From: Eledone cirrhosa
Lineage: Eukaryota
Assembly: GCA_964016885.1 (NCBI GenBank)
Contig: OZ024749.1
Span: 36,456,001 to 36,520,000, forward strand
DNA length: 64,000 bases
Direction: 5' to 3'
Numbering within the stretch: position 1 is the stretch's first letter; each line of letters opens with the position of its first letter. A program made the position numbers and the translations under genes. The notes beneath the pieces are model-generated. The model was not told the origin of the DNA. It searched no databases and saw only the letters and a program-made list of their open reading frames with translations. Of this stretch, positions 37,220-50,143 are shown in pieces.

Positions 37220-37516
37220 TATACAATATTAAATAAATGGAAAACTATATTCATAAAACCATATTTATTTCATTATATATATTTCGGGGATATCATATTA
37301 ACAATATGCTATGCCTTCATCAGACAAAATACAATATAAACAGTTTTATAGATAAATATATTCGACATACCGTAATAAACATCAACTTCATTTGAAGAGG
37401 TTTACGCTAGCATTTAATATTGTAAATATACACCAAATATTTGTCGAGTGCTTTTATATCAGTTATAAATATTTACTAGTTGTAACCCAACAATTTTAAA
37501 TATAACTTTACATGTA
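37220..37516. mobile_element. PLE-like pLTR fragment, sister of 22970-23430, with internal inversion
   Basis: Hammerhead on minus strand 37266-37331; inversion at the same gctagc apex. Confidence 0.75.
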
Positions 37517-37782
37517 TATATATATATATATATAAAGAATTAATATCTAGTAACATATATATACATACAGATGCATATCAATGCTAGCAAATATATAGGT
37601 TTTGTCTTAGTAACTTTGTGGTTCAATGCATGGGGCTGCAGAACAATAATATGAGAGACGTGAAATAAGAAAATTATAAAATGAACTTATTCCATTCCAG
37701 AAACTAATTAGTTGGAAGTGATATTTTAGTAAGTAAGTTAATTTTATAATTTTCTTATTTTACGTCTCTCATATATATATAT

Positions 37783-37976
37783 ATAGGAGTAAGTAAGACC
37801 CCGACGGCTGAGCTCAAGCCGTTTCGACGGCTAATTCTGTACTGAATTAGCCGTCGAAACGGCTTGAGCTCAGCCGTCGGGGTCTTACTTACTCCTATTA
37901 CCCACTCTACTACCCTAAGTATTGAGTACTTTGGTGCGTTATGGTCCACCTGGTTCCTTACCACTTTTCCTTCGCT
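37783..37976 (+). mobile_element. PLE-like fold-back element, copy 2
   Basis: Palindrome 37783-37898; same tail as the 36546 copy; flanked by (TA)n. Confidence 0.7.
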
Positions 37977-38585
37977 ATATATATATATATATAGCTGTTC
38001 AGCTGTCATGGACATAACCTCCTTAGAGCCGGTGTTACGATAAAATACACTCGGTAAAGTGCGTGAATGTAAGTGGGTTCCGGCTCTTAAACCGCCGTTG
38101 TGTCAGTACCTCCGTATGTGTGGAGGTACTACAGGATTAGAACTGTTTCATTCGGATAAGATCATCTGGACATTCTTGGTTATTTCATATGAATGAAACA
38201 GTTCTAGCCTTGTAGAAGTCATTTCTATATAAAATAAAGTTGCTTAGACTCTACCAACGTATTTAGTACTTTCTTTAACTATGGCCAGGTCACCTCCCAA
38301 TCCTTTTCTGGGTGCGTACCTGAATATTTGTGTACCAAACCTACCAATATGAATACCTATACATACCTATGTAATTATCTAATTTACCTGTATACACCTC
38401 TCTCTTTACATTTCTATGTCCTATTTTTCAGTTTATCTTTACCTATGTGTGTATGTCATGTAGTTATATGTGTATGTGTGTGTATTTCATGTAGCTATTG
38501 TCTATATGTTTGTGTATGTTACATGTATGTATGATACATGTATTTAGTTTCCTCTCAGATGTATGCCGAATGTATTTACTGTATG

Positions 38586-38607
<22 letters not shown>

Positions 38608-38618
<11 letters not shown>

Positions 38619-38809
38619 GAAGCTTTCGCTGTATTTTTTTTACTAAAGAAATGTTAACCTGATAGTGGGGTTTAGAACCCTCAGAGAAATGGAAAAAGAT
38701 GAGCACGTCAATACTCATCTTTTTCCATTTCTCTGAGGGTTCTAAACCCCACTATCAGGCTAACATTTCTTTAGTAAAAAAAATACAGTGAAAGCTTCTA
38801 TTTTCTAAT
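38608..38809. repeat. Fold-back palindrome (~96-bp arms, 10-nt loop) next to (TA)n
   Basis: Arms 38608-38703 / 38714-38809, few mismatches. Confidence 0.85.
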
Positions 38810-38879
38810 TTCAAACTTGTGTGTGTGTGTCCCCATACTGTATAATAGGTGTATATATATGATATGTTTATCATGTGTG

Positions 38880-39148
38880 TATGAGTTCGATACCCAGGTC
38901 GAGCGATGGGTTGAGTCCTTGAGCAAGACACTATATTTCGCTCAGCTGTAGATACATGTTGCGACGTCACTGGTACCAAGCTGTATCGGTCTTTGCTTTT
39001 CCCTTGGTCAACTAACATCAATGGCGTGGAGAGGAGAATCTGATATGCTGAGTCTTCCACAAAAACACCTGACCCGAGCTTGTGCCTCAAGAGGGAACTT
39101 TCTAGGTGCAAAACCCACGGTCATTCGTGACTGAAGAGGATCTTTCTA
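38880..39148 (+). mobile_element. tRNA/CORE-like SINE (further family)
   Basis: gagttcgatacc B-box and gtccttgagcaagacact block. Confidence 0.7.
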
Positions 39149-39476
39149 TATTGACCTCTATTCTACATGTTCAAAATATCAAGTAAAACAGTATACACAC
39201 ACTATTGGGTATCCATTCTTCTCTAAATATAAACGTTTTTCTATTTTCATTATCATTAGTATTCTCTTTCTATAACAATCTAGGATAAGGGTAATTGTGG
39301 GGGAGGGGGAGGTCCGTGGGAACATTTGTTAAACCGAAACAAGGGTCGCTGATAGCGAAATGGGTCAGAACCTCTGAGCTGTGTGGTCGCTCGACCTGCT
39401 AGAAATAGCAGCTAAATTTCACTCTGATCACAAGTGCACAGACTTAAATAAGACTAGAAGGAGCACAATAAATAAT

Positions 39477-39574
39477 TGTTTCTACTTTAGGCACAAGGCC
39501 AGCAATTATTCAGTACATTACTGGTACTTTATTTTATCGACCCCGTAAGGATGAAAGGCAAAGTCAACCTCGGC
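39477..39574 (-). mobile_element. 5'-truncated SINE A with 11-bp TSD
   Basis: caataaataat at 39466-39476 and 39575-39585. Confidence 0.85.
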
Positions 39575-39883
39575 CAATAAATAATAGTGCGCTACTATAT
39601 GTCAGTGAACTGATGGAATGACGATATGTTGGATTGTCTCTTTGATGATTGGTCGGTAAAGTCAAGGGCAGACCGGAGGTGGGTGGGTGTAAGTGGTTAA
39701 TACAACAGACTTCGTTTTAGTCATTATCATGAATGTCACCCTCCATCAACATCGTCTCCACCACCACCAACTATGTTTTGTGTGTGATCTTCCGTGTGTA
39801 GACATAATAAAGCACCAAATGTTTTTTTCCAGTTATCGCTGCTATATGTACACTCACACACACCCCTCTCTCTCTCTCTCTCT

Positions 39884-39930
<47 letters not shown>

Positions 39931-40560
39931 TGCAATGGACATATGGATATTTGTGTGTGTGTATGTTATGCAATGTGCATATATATATATCCATATCCAT
40001 ATGTACATTGCATTCATATGAAACACACACATATATATATATATTACATCACACACACACACATATATATATATATTACATCACACACGCGAATATATAT
40101 GTATATAATTACATTATACACATGTATATACTGACAGACATGACATGCAATGCGCCGATTAGATCGATGCTAACTTCTGTTGGTGTCTATAGTAACCACG
40201 TGTCTACACATGCTGTTTGTTACATCCATGTTGAAATTTATATGGAAGACATAAGCTAACGTTCACCGTCTGCATTACACACCCACACACTGCCGCACTC
40301 ACTTTCTCTCTGTCTCCAGTTAACAAGGAATGGGCTAAAACCTAGGACTACTGAAAAAAAAAAAAAAAAAAAAAAATGCCGTCACATAGTGGGGGGAAAT
40401 TCAGAATTTGAATATACAGTTTTAGTTTGCTGTTATCAGTTAAATTACATTTCTTTCTGTTTATTATTATATGGTGTTTTATTTTATTTTTATTATATAC
40501 AGGTTTTTGTATGACTTATTTATAGACTTAAATATTAGGACACCTTGTCTGCCTGTCTCC

Positions 40561-40618
<58 letters not shown>

Positions 40619-40713
40619 AATGACAGGGAGACCCCATGCTTATAGATCGAATTTCTCCATCAATCGGATTTCTGCCATGCCGAAAGGTCAATTTTTATCA
40701 GAGCTGACTCAAC

Positions 40714-40748
<35 letters not shown>

Positions 40749-40978
40749 CTATACGTACGTACCCACACATACATACACACATTTATTTATATGTATACTT
40801 ACACGCACCCGTTTTCAAAGAAGGTATCTTGTAATGAATCACTCGTGTGACTGTACTGTAGTAGGTGTGCCTTGTCTCGTCCATTGATGTTGAATCAATA
40901 CCTACACACACTGCACACTAGACATACTCACCTGTTAATGTACTAAGATCAATGATTTACCCCTATTATTTCTTTGAA

Positions 40979-41614
40979 AGGCGGTGGATTAGCAGTATCG
41001 GTAGAGGGTCGGACGCCATGCTTTCCAGCATAGTTACGTCCCTTTACGATCCGAGTTCAAATCCCGCCGAGGTTGACTTTGCCTTTCATCCTTGCGGGGT
41101 CGATAAAATAAAGTACCAGTAATGTACTGGGTAATTGCTGGCCTTGTGCCAAAGGTAGAAACAATTATTTCTTTGAATTGGCCAGTAATGCACTGGGTAA
41201 TTGCTGGCCTTGTGCCTAAAGTAGAAACAATTATTTCTTTGAATTGGCTGTATTGGTAGAGGGTCGGACACCATGCTTTGACGCATAGAGTTACAGCCCT
41301 TGCCATTCTGAGTTCAAATCCCGCCGAGGTTAACTTTGCCTTTCATCCTTACGGGGGGTCGATAAAATAAAGTACCAGTAATGTACTGGGTAATTGCTGG
41401 CCTTGTGCCAATAGTAGAAACAATTATTTCTTAAGGGCGGTGAATTGGCAGTATCGGTAGAGGGTCGGACATGCTTTCTAGCATAGTTATGTTTCTTTAT
41501 GATCTGATTTCAAATCCTGCCGAGGTTAACTTTGCCTTTCATCCATACGGGGTCGATAAAATAAAGTACCAGTAATGTACTGAGTATTTGCTGGCCTTGT
41601 GCCAAAAGTAGAAA
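40979..41614 (+). mobile_element. Stack of four SINE A insertions at one site
   Basis: attatttctt(tgaa) repeated at 40965, 41164, 41230 and 41423 between copies. Confidence 0.85.
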
Positions 41615-41875
41615 CTGTGTCTGGGTATTTAGTACCCTAGACTAGCTTTACAATTGTGTCTAAGTATTTAGTACCCTGGGCTACCTCTACAGTGTGTGGT
41701 TGAGTATTGAGTACCCTAGGCTAGCTCTACAGTGTGTACCTGGGTATTTTAGTTCCCTAGTCTAGCTCTCAATGTGTGTCTGGGTATTTAGCTCCTGAGG
41801 CTAGCTTTTCAACCGGTGCCTGGGTATTTAACACCCAAGTCTAGCTCTACAATGTATGCCTAAATATTTAGCACT
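41615..41875. repeat. Diverged array of the 40-bp minisatellite family seen at 28290
   Basis: tgggtatttagtaccc..gctagctctaca units, about 6 copies. Confidence 0.8.
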
Positions 41876-42134
41876 TTATATATTCCCACATGACTAAAAT
41901 GTTTATCATTTTATTAATTGATTGCAGGAAATTATTGTATATTTAAGTTAATTAGACAAATTCATATAAAACAGTGATGCATTCAGGTTCAGTAATGCCC
42001 ATCTCAGAAGTCTGCACCCTATGTGACTGCCTAGTAGGTTTTAATAGTGGCGCTGGCCATGAGTACCAGTAAGGGACAATTTAATCAATGATACCCTGCT
42101 TGTGCCACAGTTATTATTATTATTATTAATAATA

Positions 42135-42322
42135 ATAATTTTCTACTTTTGGCACAAGGCCAGCAATTATCTCAGTACATTACTGGTACTTTATTTTATC
42201 AACTCCATAGGGATGAAAGGCAAAGTTAACCTCGGCGGGATTTGAGCTGAGACTGTAAAGGGCCGTAACTCTATGCTGCAAAGCATAGAGTTCGACCCTC
42301 TACCGATACTGCCAATCCACCA
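42135..42322 (-). mobile_element. SINE A
   Basis: Reverse near-consensus copy; degenerate plus copy follows at 42350-42510. Confidence 0.9.
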
Positions 42323-43069
42323 ATGATATTGTTGTTGTTTTGTGATGCTGGCTCTGACTCTTAACTTTCTGAGTTCAAATCCTGCGATGGTCAGCGTTTG
42401 TCTTTCATCTTTCTAAGGTTGATAAAATAAAGTATGAATCATGTACTGGGGTTAGTTATAAGACAGTTTCCCACCACCTACCACCCAGATTGCTGACCCT
42501 GTGCCAAAATTGTTGTTAGAATGGCTGAACTGTTAAATGGTCGAACAAAAGACTTTGTGGTATTTGTTATGACTTCTTACATTCTGATTTCAAATCCCGA
42601 TGTGGTCAGATGTGTCTCTCAGATACACACACACACTCGCTCTTTTTTCGCTGGTTTCATTCATTAGTTAGCGCCCATGCTGAAGCACCGCCCTGACTTT
42701 GTCAATCATATTATCCCCAGTACGTTTTTCCAATTGATCTTTTTTGTCAAACTCTCAAGTTACAAGACATAAATATCCCCCCCCCCCACACACACACAAC
42801 AGACTTCCACACTGTGACTGTCTACCAAATTTTACTTACAAGCGAAAGCTATAGTAGAGGACACTTGCCCACAGCCATCTTGCTCAGGGTCTGCCTCTGC
42901 TTTTACCCATAATATCTGTCCAGCAATCCTTTCCTGAGACATTCTAACCACATGTCTGTAGTATTGGAGCTGTGATCTCTACAGAATATTTAAAAATGAA
43001 TTAATGATGATTATTGTTTGTCTTTGTAAACATATTCCAATAGAGAATGTCAAAAATAGCATTTATCTG

Positions 43070-43830
43070 CCTTCCCTTTCTCTCCTCCCACTCTCACTTC
43101 CTCTTTTCTCTCTCTCCCACTCTCACTTCCTCTTTTCTCTCTCTCTCTCTCACTTCCTCTTTTCTCTCTCTCTCTCTCTCACTTCCTCTTTTCTCTCTCT
43201 CTCTCACTTCCTCTTTTCTCTCTCTCACTCACACATTCCCCCTCTCTCTCACTCACACATTCCCCCTCTATCTCTCACTCACACATTCCCCCTCTCTCTC
43301 TCACTCACACATTCCCTCTCTCTCTCACTCACACATTCCCTCTCTCTCTCACTCACACATTCACTCTTTCTCTCACACATTCCCTTTCTCTCTCACTCAC
43401 ACATTCCCTCTCTCTCTCTCTCACACATTCTCTCTCTCACTCACACACACACTCTCTCATTCACACACACATTCCCTCTCTCTCACTCACACACACATTC
43501 TCTCTCTCTCACTCACACACACATTCTCTCTCTCACTCACACACACTCTCTCTCTCTCCTACAAATTCTCTTTCTCTCTTTCACTCACTCACATTTATTC
43601 TCTCACTCACTCACATTTTCTCACTCTCTCACTCACACACACACACACTCTCTCTCTCTCACTTACAAATTCTCTCTCTCTCTCTCTCTATTTTATAATT
43701 TGCCCTGTCTTTCCATTCTTCAACTACCTTCCTGCTATCTTTCTGTCTTTGTGCTCCACCCCTCTGTCTCCTCTCATTCCCCCTCCATCCATCTCACTCT
43801 CTCTCTCTCTTCGCTATGACCCTTTCTAAC
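43070..43830. repeat. (CT)n / ctcactcacacatt compound microsatellite
   Basis: Direct inspection. Confidence 0.9.
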
Positions 43831-44352
43831 TCTCCTCTCCTTCTTGCTGACTTCCACAGAAGCCATTATTACTGCCACCACCATCACCATCATTACAGTA
43901 AATCTATGACATTGCTAATGTTGATGTCTGTGTGTGTGTTACCATGACAACTGAAATTCTTCCTCCTGCCATCCATACCATCATTAGCTGTGTCCCCACC
44001 ACCACCACCTCCATCAGCAGTCACAGGGACTGTCTATTCAGCACTACACCTCTTCTTACATCAACTGTTGATTCTCAAATAACTCCTCCATTTCAATGAA
44101 TTTTGCTTTTGTTTTTCGTTGTTCTTCTTCATTTGACTTATGTTTTCTTATATTGACCCTCCAATATATCACTAGTATTCTATTCTATTGAACCTCTGTA
44201 AAACCCTTCACCCCTCTAGTATTTCATTGGTTCCTAATTATCTGACTGGTACTTTATTTCATCGACCCCACCCATATTAGTACTTTATTTAATTGTGTAT
44301 ACAATAATTCTGAATCAGTTTATCATTTAACACTTGGTATCATTGGAAGAGA

Positions 44353-44390
44353 GTCTTAGTGTTTCAGACACTAGTCCTTCATCAGAAGTG
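44353..44390 (-). ncRNA. Degenerate hammerhead motif (PLE remnant)
   Basis: cactt-CTGATGA-aggactagtgtct-GAAA-cactaag; stem III disrupted. Confidence 0.4.
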
Positions 44391-44521
44391 AGAAGGTACA
44401 AAAAGAGAGAAGGGCAAATGTTTGAGCGAGAGTACGAAAAGGAAGACAGTCAGGGGTAAATAAAAAGACTACAATAAACAGGAGTGGGCTAAGAACTGAA
44501 CCCTGATGTACTCCTCACATT

Positions 44522-44838
44522 ACCTACAGCTCCTCTGCACACGTCTTACAAGCCCCTCCTTAGTTTCCTTAAGGACCATCAGATGACCGATTGGGGGTAC
44601 TCTGTCAAAGGCTTTCTCAACATAAGTTAGATATAGAGTCTTACTCTTAGCTAAAAACTTCTCTTGTATTTGTCTTTACTAAAAAGAAGGCATTTGTGGT
44701 GCTCCTCCCTGGCATGAAACTGAATTGCATTTCATCTAATTTAACTCGTTTCCTAATTAGTTGTGTTAGAACTCTTTCTGTCATTTTCATAACTTGATCC
44801 TTTAGTTTTATTCCCATGTAGTTGCTCCTTTGTAGCAA
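44522..44838 (-). pseudogene. RTE-clade LINE reverse transcriptase fragment (frameshifted)
   Basis: NYMGIKL.DQVMK.TERV...LDEMQFSFMPGRSTT then EKAFDRVP: non-LTR RT domains of RTE type. Confidence 0.9.
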
Positions 44839-44846
44839 TTAATGAT

Positions 44847-45045
44847 TTCATTTCATTTCATTTGAGTTTGAGTCCATGCTCAGGCCAAGTCGAAGACTCC
44901 ACCCTCAGAGTCTGGTGTGGTTGCCAGGTTGGATTCTCTGTTTAATTTTGACATGTGTAGGAGCGAGTTTGAGTCAGTTTGTGCTCGTTGTGTATATCCT
45001 GGGAGATGGGGTTCATCTCTAATGGTGCTTAAGTATCTATCCAGC
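44847..45045 (-). mobile_element. CR1-like LINE extreme 3' end
   Basis: DRYLSTIRDEPHLPGY...SNSLLH C-terminus and (tgaaa)n tail. Confidence 0.6.
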
Positions 45046-45299
45046 TGCTGCACCAGTCATTGACTCTGGCCCACACTCTATTATCTGATTGACTATGCGG
45101 GTGACTAATTCAACTCCTACTTCGCCCAGGGACTACCTCAGATGGTCCCTTGGCTTTACTATTTTTCGTCTCCTTGATTGTTTCTTTGACTCTATATCTA
45201 TCAATTGTGTTAGCTGGTCCTCCCTCTGTTGGGGGGTCAGTTGCAGGTAATCTCTCTCTCTCCCTCCCATTCATTCTCCACATTCATTAACTTCTCATG

Positions 45300-45470
45300 G
45301 GGGACGGGAAAGTCAATTAAATCGATTACTGGTGCTTTATTTTATCGACCCCTCCCTCTCCCAGCCGTAAGAATGAAAGGCAAAGCTAACCTCGGCGGGA
45401 TTTGAACTCAGACTGTAAAGGGCCGTAACTCTATGCTTTAAAGCACGATGCCCGATGCTCTACTACTGCT
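45300..45470 (-). mobile_element. SINE A, diverged
   Basis: Reverse copy of body and head. Confidence 0.8.
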
Positions 45471-45658
45471 AATAACAATAATAAGCAGGAATGAAGTATC
45501 AATATGAAATTGCCATTTTTATTGACATGTGACACACATTTCGCAACAATGGATCAGTTCAAGGTATGATTGGTAGTGATTTGGTTTGGCTCTGGAATTG
45601 ATAGCTCATTAGACTCCCTCTATCTCTTTCTCTCTCTTTCTCTCTCTTTCTATATATG

Positions 45659-45689
<31 letters not shown>

Positions 45690-45779
45690 CTTGTGTTAGG
45701 GGCCGAAACACTTGCATGAAAGCAGGGGCTACTTCTCTGAAGACTTTCTGATGTCCAACTCTCTAGAGATCCTTACTAC

Positions 45780-45846
<67 letters not shown>

Positions 45847-46756
45847 ATACAATGCCATCATGATGACATATATATTCCAATTGATGTTGAAAGTTCATCA
45901 GCTCTTCTTCAAAGTACCTGTCTGTTTTCACGTGAGGTACACCAATCTTCTGTCTCTCTCTCTTTCTCTTTCTCTCTCTCTTTCTCTCTCTTTCTCTCTC
46001 TCTCTTCTCTTTCTCTCTCTCTTTCTCTTTCTCTTTCTCTCTCTTCCTCTCTCTCTCTCTCTCTCTTCCTCTCTCTCTCTCTCTCCCTCACACTTCAACA
46101 ACCACAACAAAACCACCACCACCTCCACATACAGATGATACTTTGTTAATTGAATCTGTCTAATAACTCTCTTGTCACAACTGTTTATATCATATTCTGG
46201 TAAATATGGCTTTTGGAAAGCAAAGCAAAGCTCCATTTAACTTTGCAAGTATTATTACTGTTGTAACTACCTAACTACCACCCTCAACCACCAACACCAC
46301 CCTCAACCACCACCACTATCACTACCATCAATACAACCACCACCACTATCACTACCATCAATACAACCACCACCACTATCACTACCATCAATACAACCAC
46401 CACCACTATCACTACCATCAATAAAACCACCACCACTACTACCACTTATTTCTATTACCACTACCAACACCACCATCACAACCACCACCACCACCACCTC
46501 CTTCTTGACAATCGATGGTTTATTCTTTTACCTGGCTTGTTCTCTCTCTCTCCATCTTTCATTGTTATTTATTACTGTGATATGTAGCAGCTGTCTTACA
46601 CCACCATCACCATCACCACCACCATCACCACACTGTTCTCTCTGCTGTGCTGTGCATATTTCTGCAATTATTCCTTCACCACCACCACCACTTCTCAATG
46701 TTCAGTTCTTTCAGCAATCATTTCAAGCTCTTCACTCTACACCTCCACACTACTAC

Positions 46757-47200
46757 ACCTCTCTTCAACAACTAGCTTGAGCCGGCTTTTGCATTTAATA
46801 TAGTAGTTCTCTCTCTAATCTCCCTCACTCTCTCAGCTCTCCCTCACTCTCTCAGCTCTCTCTCTCTCTCACCTCTCTTCAACAATTAGCTTGAGCCAGC
46901 TTTTGCATTTAATGTAGTAGGCCTCTCTCTCTCTTGCCAGTTATTTATCTCTCTTCAACAATTAGCTTGAGCCAGCTTTTGCATTTAAAATAGTAGACCT
47001 CTCTCTCTCTCTCTTGCCAGTTATTTATCTCTCTTCAACAATTAGCTTGAGCCAGCTTTTGCATTTAATATAGTAGACCTCTCTCTCTCTTGCCAGTTAT
47101 TCAGCTCTCTTCAACTACTAACTTGAGCCATATTTTACATTTAGCAGCAGTAAGCACCTTGTTCTCTCTGTAACCATTACTTGAGCCAGCTTTTATAATT
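46757..47200. repeat. ~70-bp tandem repeat (ctcttcaacaattagcttgagccagcttttgcatttaat)
   Basis: Five to six units separated by (CT)n. Confidence 0.85.
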
Positions 47201-47919
47201 AATAAGCTTCTTGTTTTCTGTTCGCTTCTCATTTTCTGCCCCCATCTCCCCTCCCCCCATCCTCTATCTCTCTGTCATCTCTATCTTTTCTCTCCAACAA
47301 TTAACCTGAGCTGGCCTTTATATTTAGCACTAGATCTCTTTTCCACCATCCTCTACCTCCTTTCACATCATCTCCCCCCCCCCCCCCAACTCTATTACCC
47401 TGTCTTTCTTTCTCTCCCTCTCACCTCTTTCTCTCTCACCCTGTCTCCTCTACCCTTTCCTCTCAATGCTCCCCCTCTCTTGTTGTTACCACACCACCAC
47501 CACATCAATTAACTGATGCCAATGTTGACTGTTGTTATTGTTGTTTTTAACTCAGGTGTTTTTGTCAGATAAGTCATGTAACCATTGCCATAAGGAAACA
47601 CACACACACACACACATATCTATACATATACACCACACACACATACCACATATGCTCATATATACCACACACACATGCATATAAACATACATACACATGT
47701 GTCTGTATGTTTTACTTTATTGTTTAAGATACAAAAAAGGATTTTAATTTTTCTTCAGTATTTTCTAATAATGTTGAGTTTGGCATTTCTGTGTTCTGCA
47801 TTTATCATCATCATCACTGCTGTCATCATCATCATCATCAACATCATTATCACCATCATCGTCATCATTATCACCATCAGCATCATCATTATATCGATAT
47901 TACTATCACCATCATCATA

Positions 47920-48370
47920 GATAAAAAAGAAATAAAGTACCAGTGAAATACTGGGGTCGACATAATCCACTTTCCCCTTCCCCAAACTGTTAGCTTTGAA
48001 CCTAAATTAGAAACCAGGATCGTTGGACACCATGCTTTGTAGCATATAGTTACGGCCCTTTACGTTCTGAGTTCAAATCCCGCCGAGGTTAGCTTTGCCT
48101 TTCATCCTTATGGAGTCGATAAAATAAAGTACCAGTAATGCACTGGGTAATTGCTGGCCTTGTGCCAAAAGCAGAAACATTATGGATTGGCAGTATCGGT
48201 AGAGGGTCGGACGCCATGCTTTCCAGCATAGAGTTACGTCCCTTTACGATCTGAATTCAAATCCCGCCGAGGTTGACTTTGCCTTTCATCCTTACGGGGT
48301 CGATAAAATAAAGTACCAGTAATGCACTGGGATAATTGCTGGCCTTGTGCCTAAAGTAGAAACAATTATT
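47920..48370 (+). mobile_element. Three tandem SINE A copies or fragments
   Basis: Tail fragment, then copies at ~48020-48180 and 48183-48365. Confidence 0.85.
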
Positions 48371-48835
48371 ATCATTATCTTCATCATCATCATCATCATC
48401 AACATTATCATTGTTATTGTTATTATTACTGTAGAAAAACAAAAGGAAGCAACAACAACAACAACAACAAAAATGCCAGAAATAAAAAAAGCCACATTAT
48501 TAGAGACAAATATACATTAACCTTATTTCTTGTTGCTTCAGGTATTATCCTGTTTGCTGCAGTGTGTGTGTGTGGGGGGGGGGGGCTGTGTGATATTGCA
48601 TATTTATTTAAAAAAAAAAGCAATAAAGTAAAATTTAAAATGAAGTCACACCACCACCACCAACTCACCCACCCCACCCACGTCTCTGACATCACCACCA
48701 CCGCCACCTCCTCCGTCAACACCACCACCACCACCGTCAACACCACCACCTCCTCCTCCGTCAACACCACCACCATCTCCTATTCCATCAACACAATCGC
48801 CACCACCTCCTCCACCTTCAACACTGTTGCACCAC

Positions 48836-48874
<39 letters not shown>

Positions 48875-49196
48875 GCTCTCTCTCTATATATATATATACA
48901 TACATACATACATACATACACAGAGAGACAAATATATATCAATTAATGAAGAATTTTGAGGAATTTACAATAACTACTAATTATTTCATTACTAAGAATC
49001 TTAGTAATGAAATAATTGGTAAGATAGTAAATTAACATATGATCTAATATAAAATTGTTAGAATGTTTTAATTTCAACAGGAATCTTTTTAAATGACTGG
49101 GTTGGCGTCAAAAGGGTTAATGAAAATATGATGTCACTAAATCCCTCCAAATTCTTGATTATTTTAAAAATTATTTGAGAATTATAGGCAATATTA

Positions 49197-49346
49197 TATT
49201 TGGGGAGGGTCATGTTCTTATAATATTGTCAGAAATATATAATAAACCACACAAAATATACTGAAGCTAAAACCAATCTAAACCAAACAGTGAATGTGTT
49301 TTATTATATATTACTGGCAATATTATAACATGTCCCTCCCCAATAT
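49197..49346. mobile_element. Small MITE with ~48-bp imperfect TIRs nested in a MITE family 2 copy
   Basis: ttggggagggtcatgtt..ataatattgtcag pairs with ctggcaatattataacatgtccctccccaa. Confidence 0.7.
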
Positions 49347-50094
49347 TTGTTTCAACACACGATTTCATATCAAAAACCTTGCAATGTCTTTCATTAGAAA
49401 TGGTTAGTAATGAAATGGTTAAAGTAATAAAGTATGGTTATATTAATACTTAAGTTAATTTTAATTATGCTATATAAAATTATAACAACACAGTTCAAGA
49501 CTGGTTTACTTCATTCTAACTAGAGGCTGTTGTTGTTAGTCTATTTTAAATTGTGTCCTAATTTTAATAAGTTAATGTTCGTTAATGTTAAGTAAAATAT
49601 GACACAGATCAAAAAATATTTCACATGGTTCTAAATAGTCATTTTTTGGTGGTAGTTGTTGTTACTGTTGTTGTGGTGGTGGTGGTGGTGGTGGTAGTGG
49701 TGGTGGTGGATGGTTGTTGTGCTTGTTGTGGTGGCTGTTTGTTATAATGATGATTGTTGCTGTTGTTACTGCTGTGCTTGTTGTTGTTGCTGCTGCTGCT
49801 GCTGGTGAGATTGTTGTTGTTGTTGTTGCTGTGATTGTTGTTGTTGTTGTTGCTGTTGCTGTGGTTGTTGAGGTTGTTGTGATTGTTGTTGTTGTGGTTG
49901 TTAATTTGTAAAAAAAGAAAAGATGGTAGAAAATATAAAGAATATATATAAAAATAAAAAAAAGCAATAAGAATTATATTGATTGATTTTGTGTAATTAA
50001 ATTTCTGGCGTTGGATCTCTTGAAATGTTTCAATGTTGTTAATAAATGTCAATATATACTTTATGAATATATACACTCACCACCATCAACGGAT

Positions 50095-50143
<49 letters not shown>

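Noticed and set aside
38730-38800. Hammerhead in the 38608 palindrome
   Set aside because: Core reads CTGAGGG and stems do not close; only gaaagcttc resembles the 3' half
49639-50081. Asn/Ser/Thr-rich minus ORF and gtg|gtgagt donor
   Set aside because: (CAA)n/(CAC)n microsatellite; no usable acceptor AG
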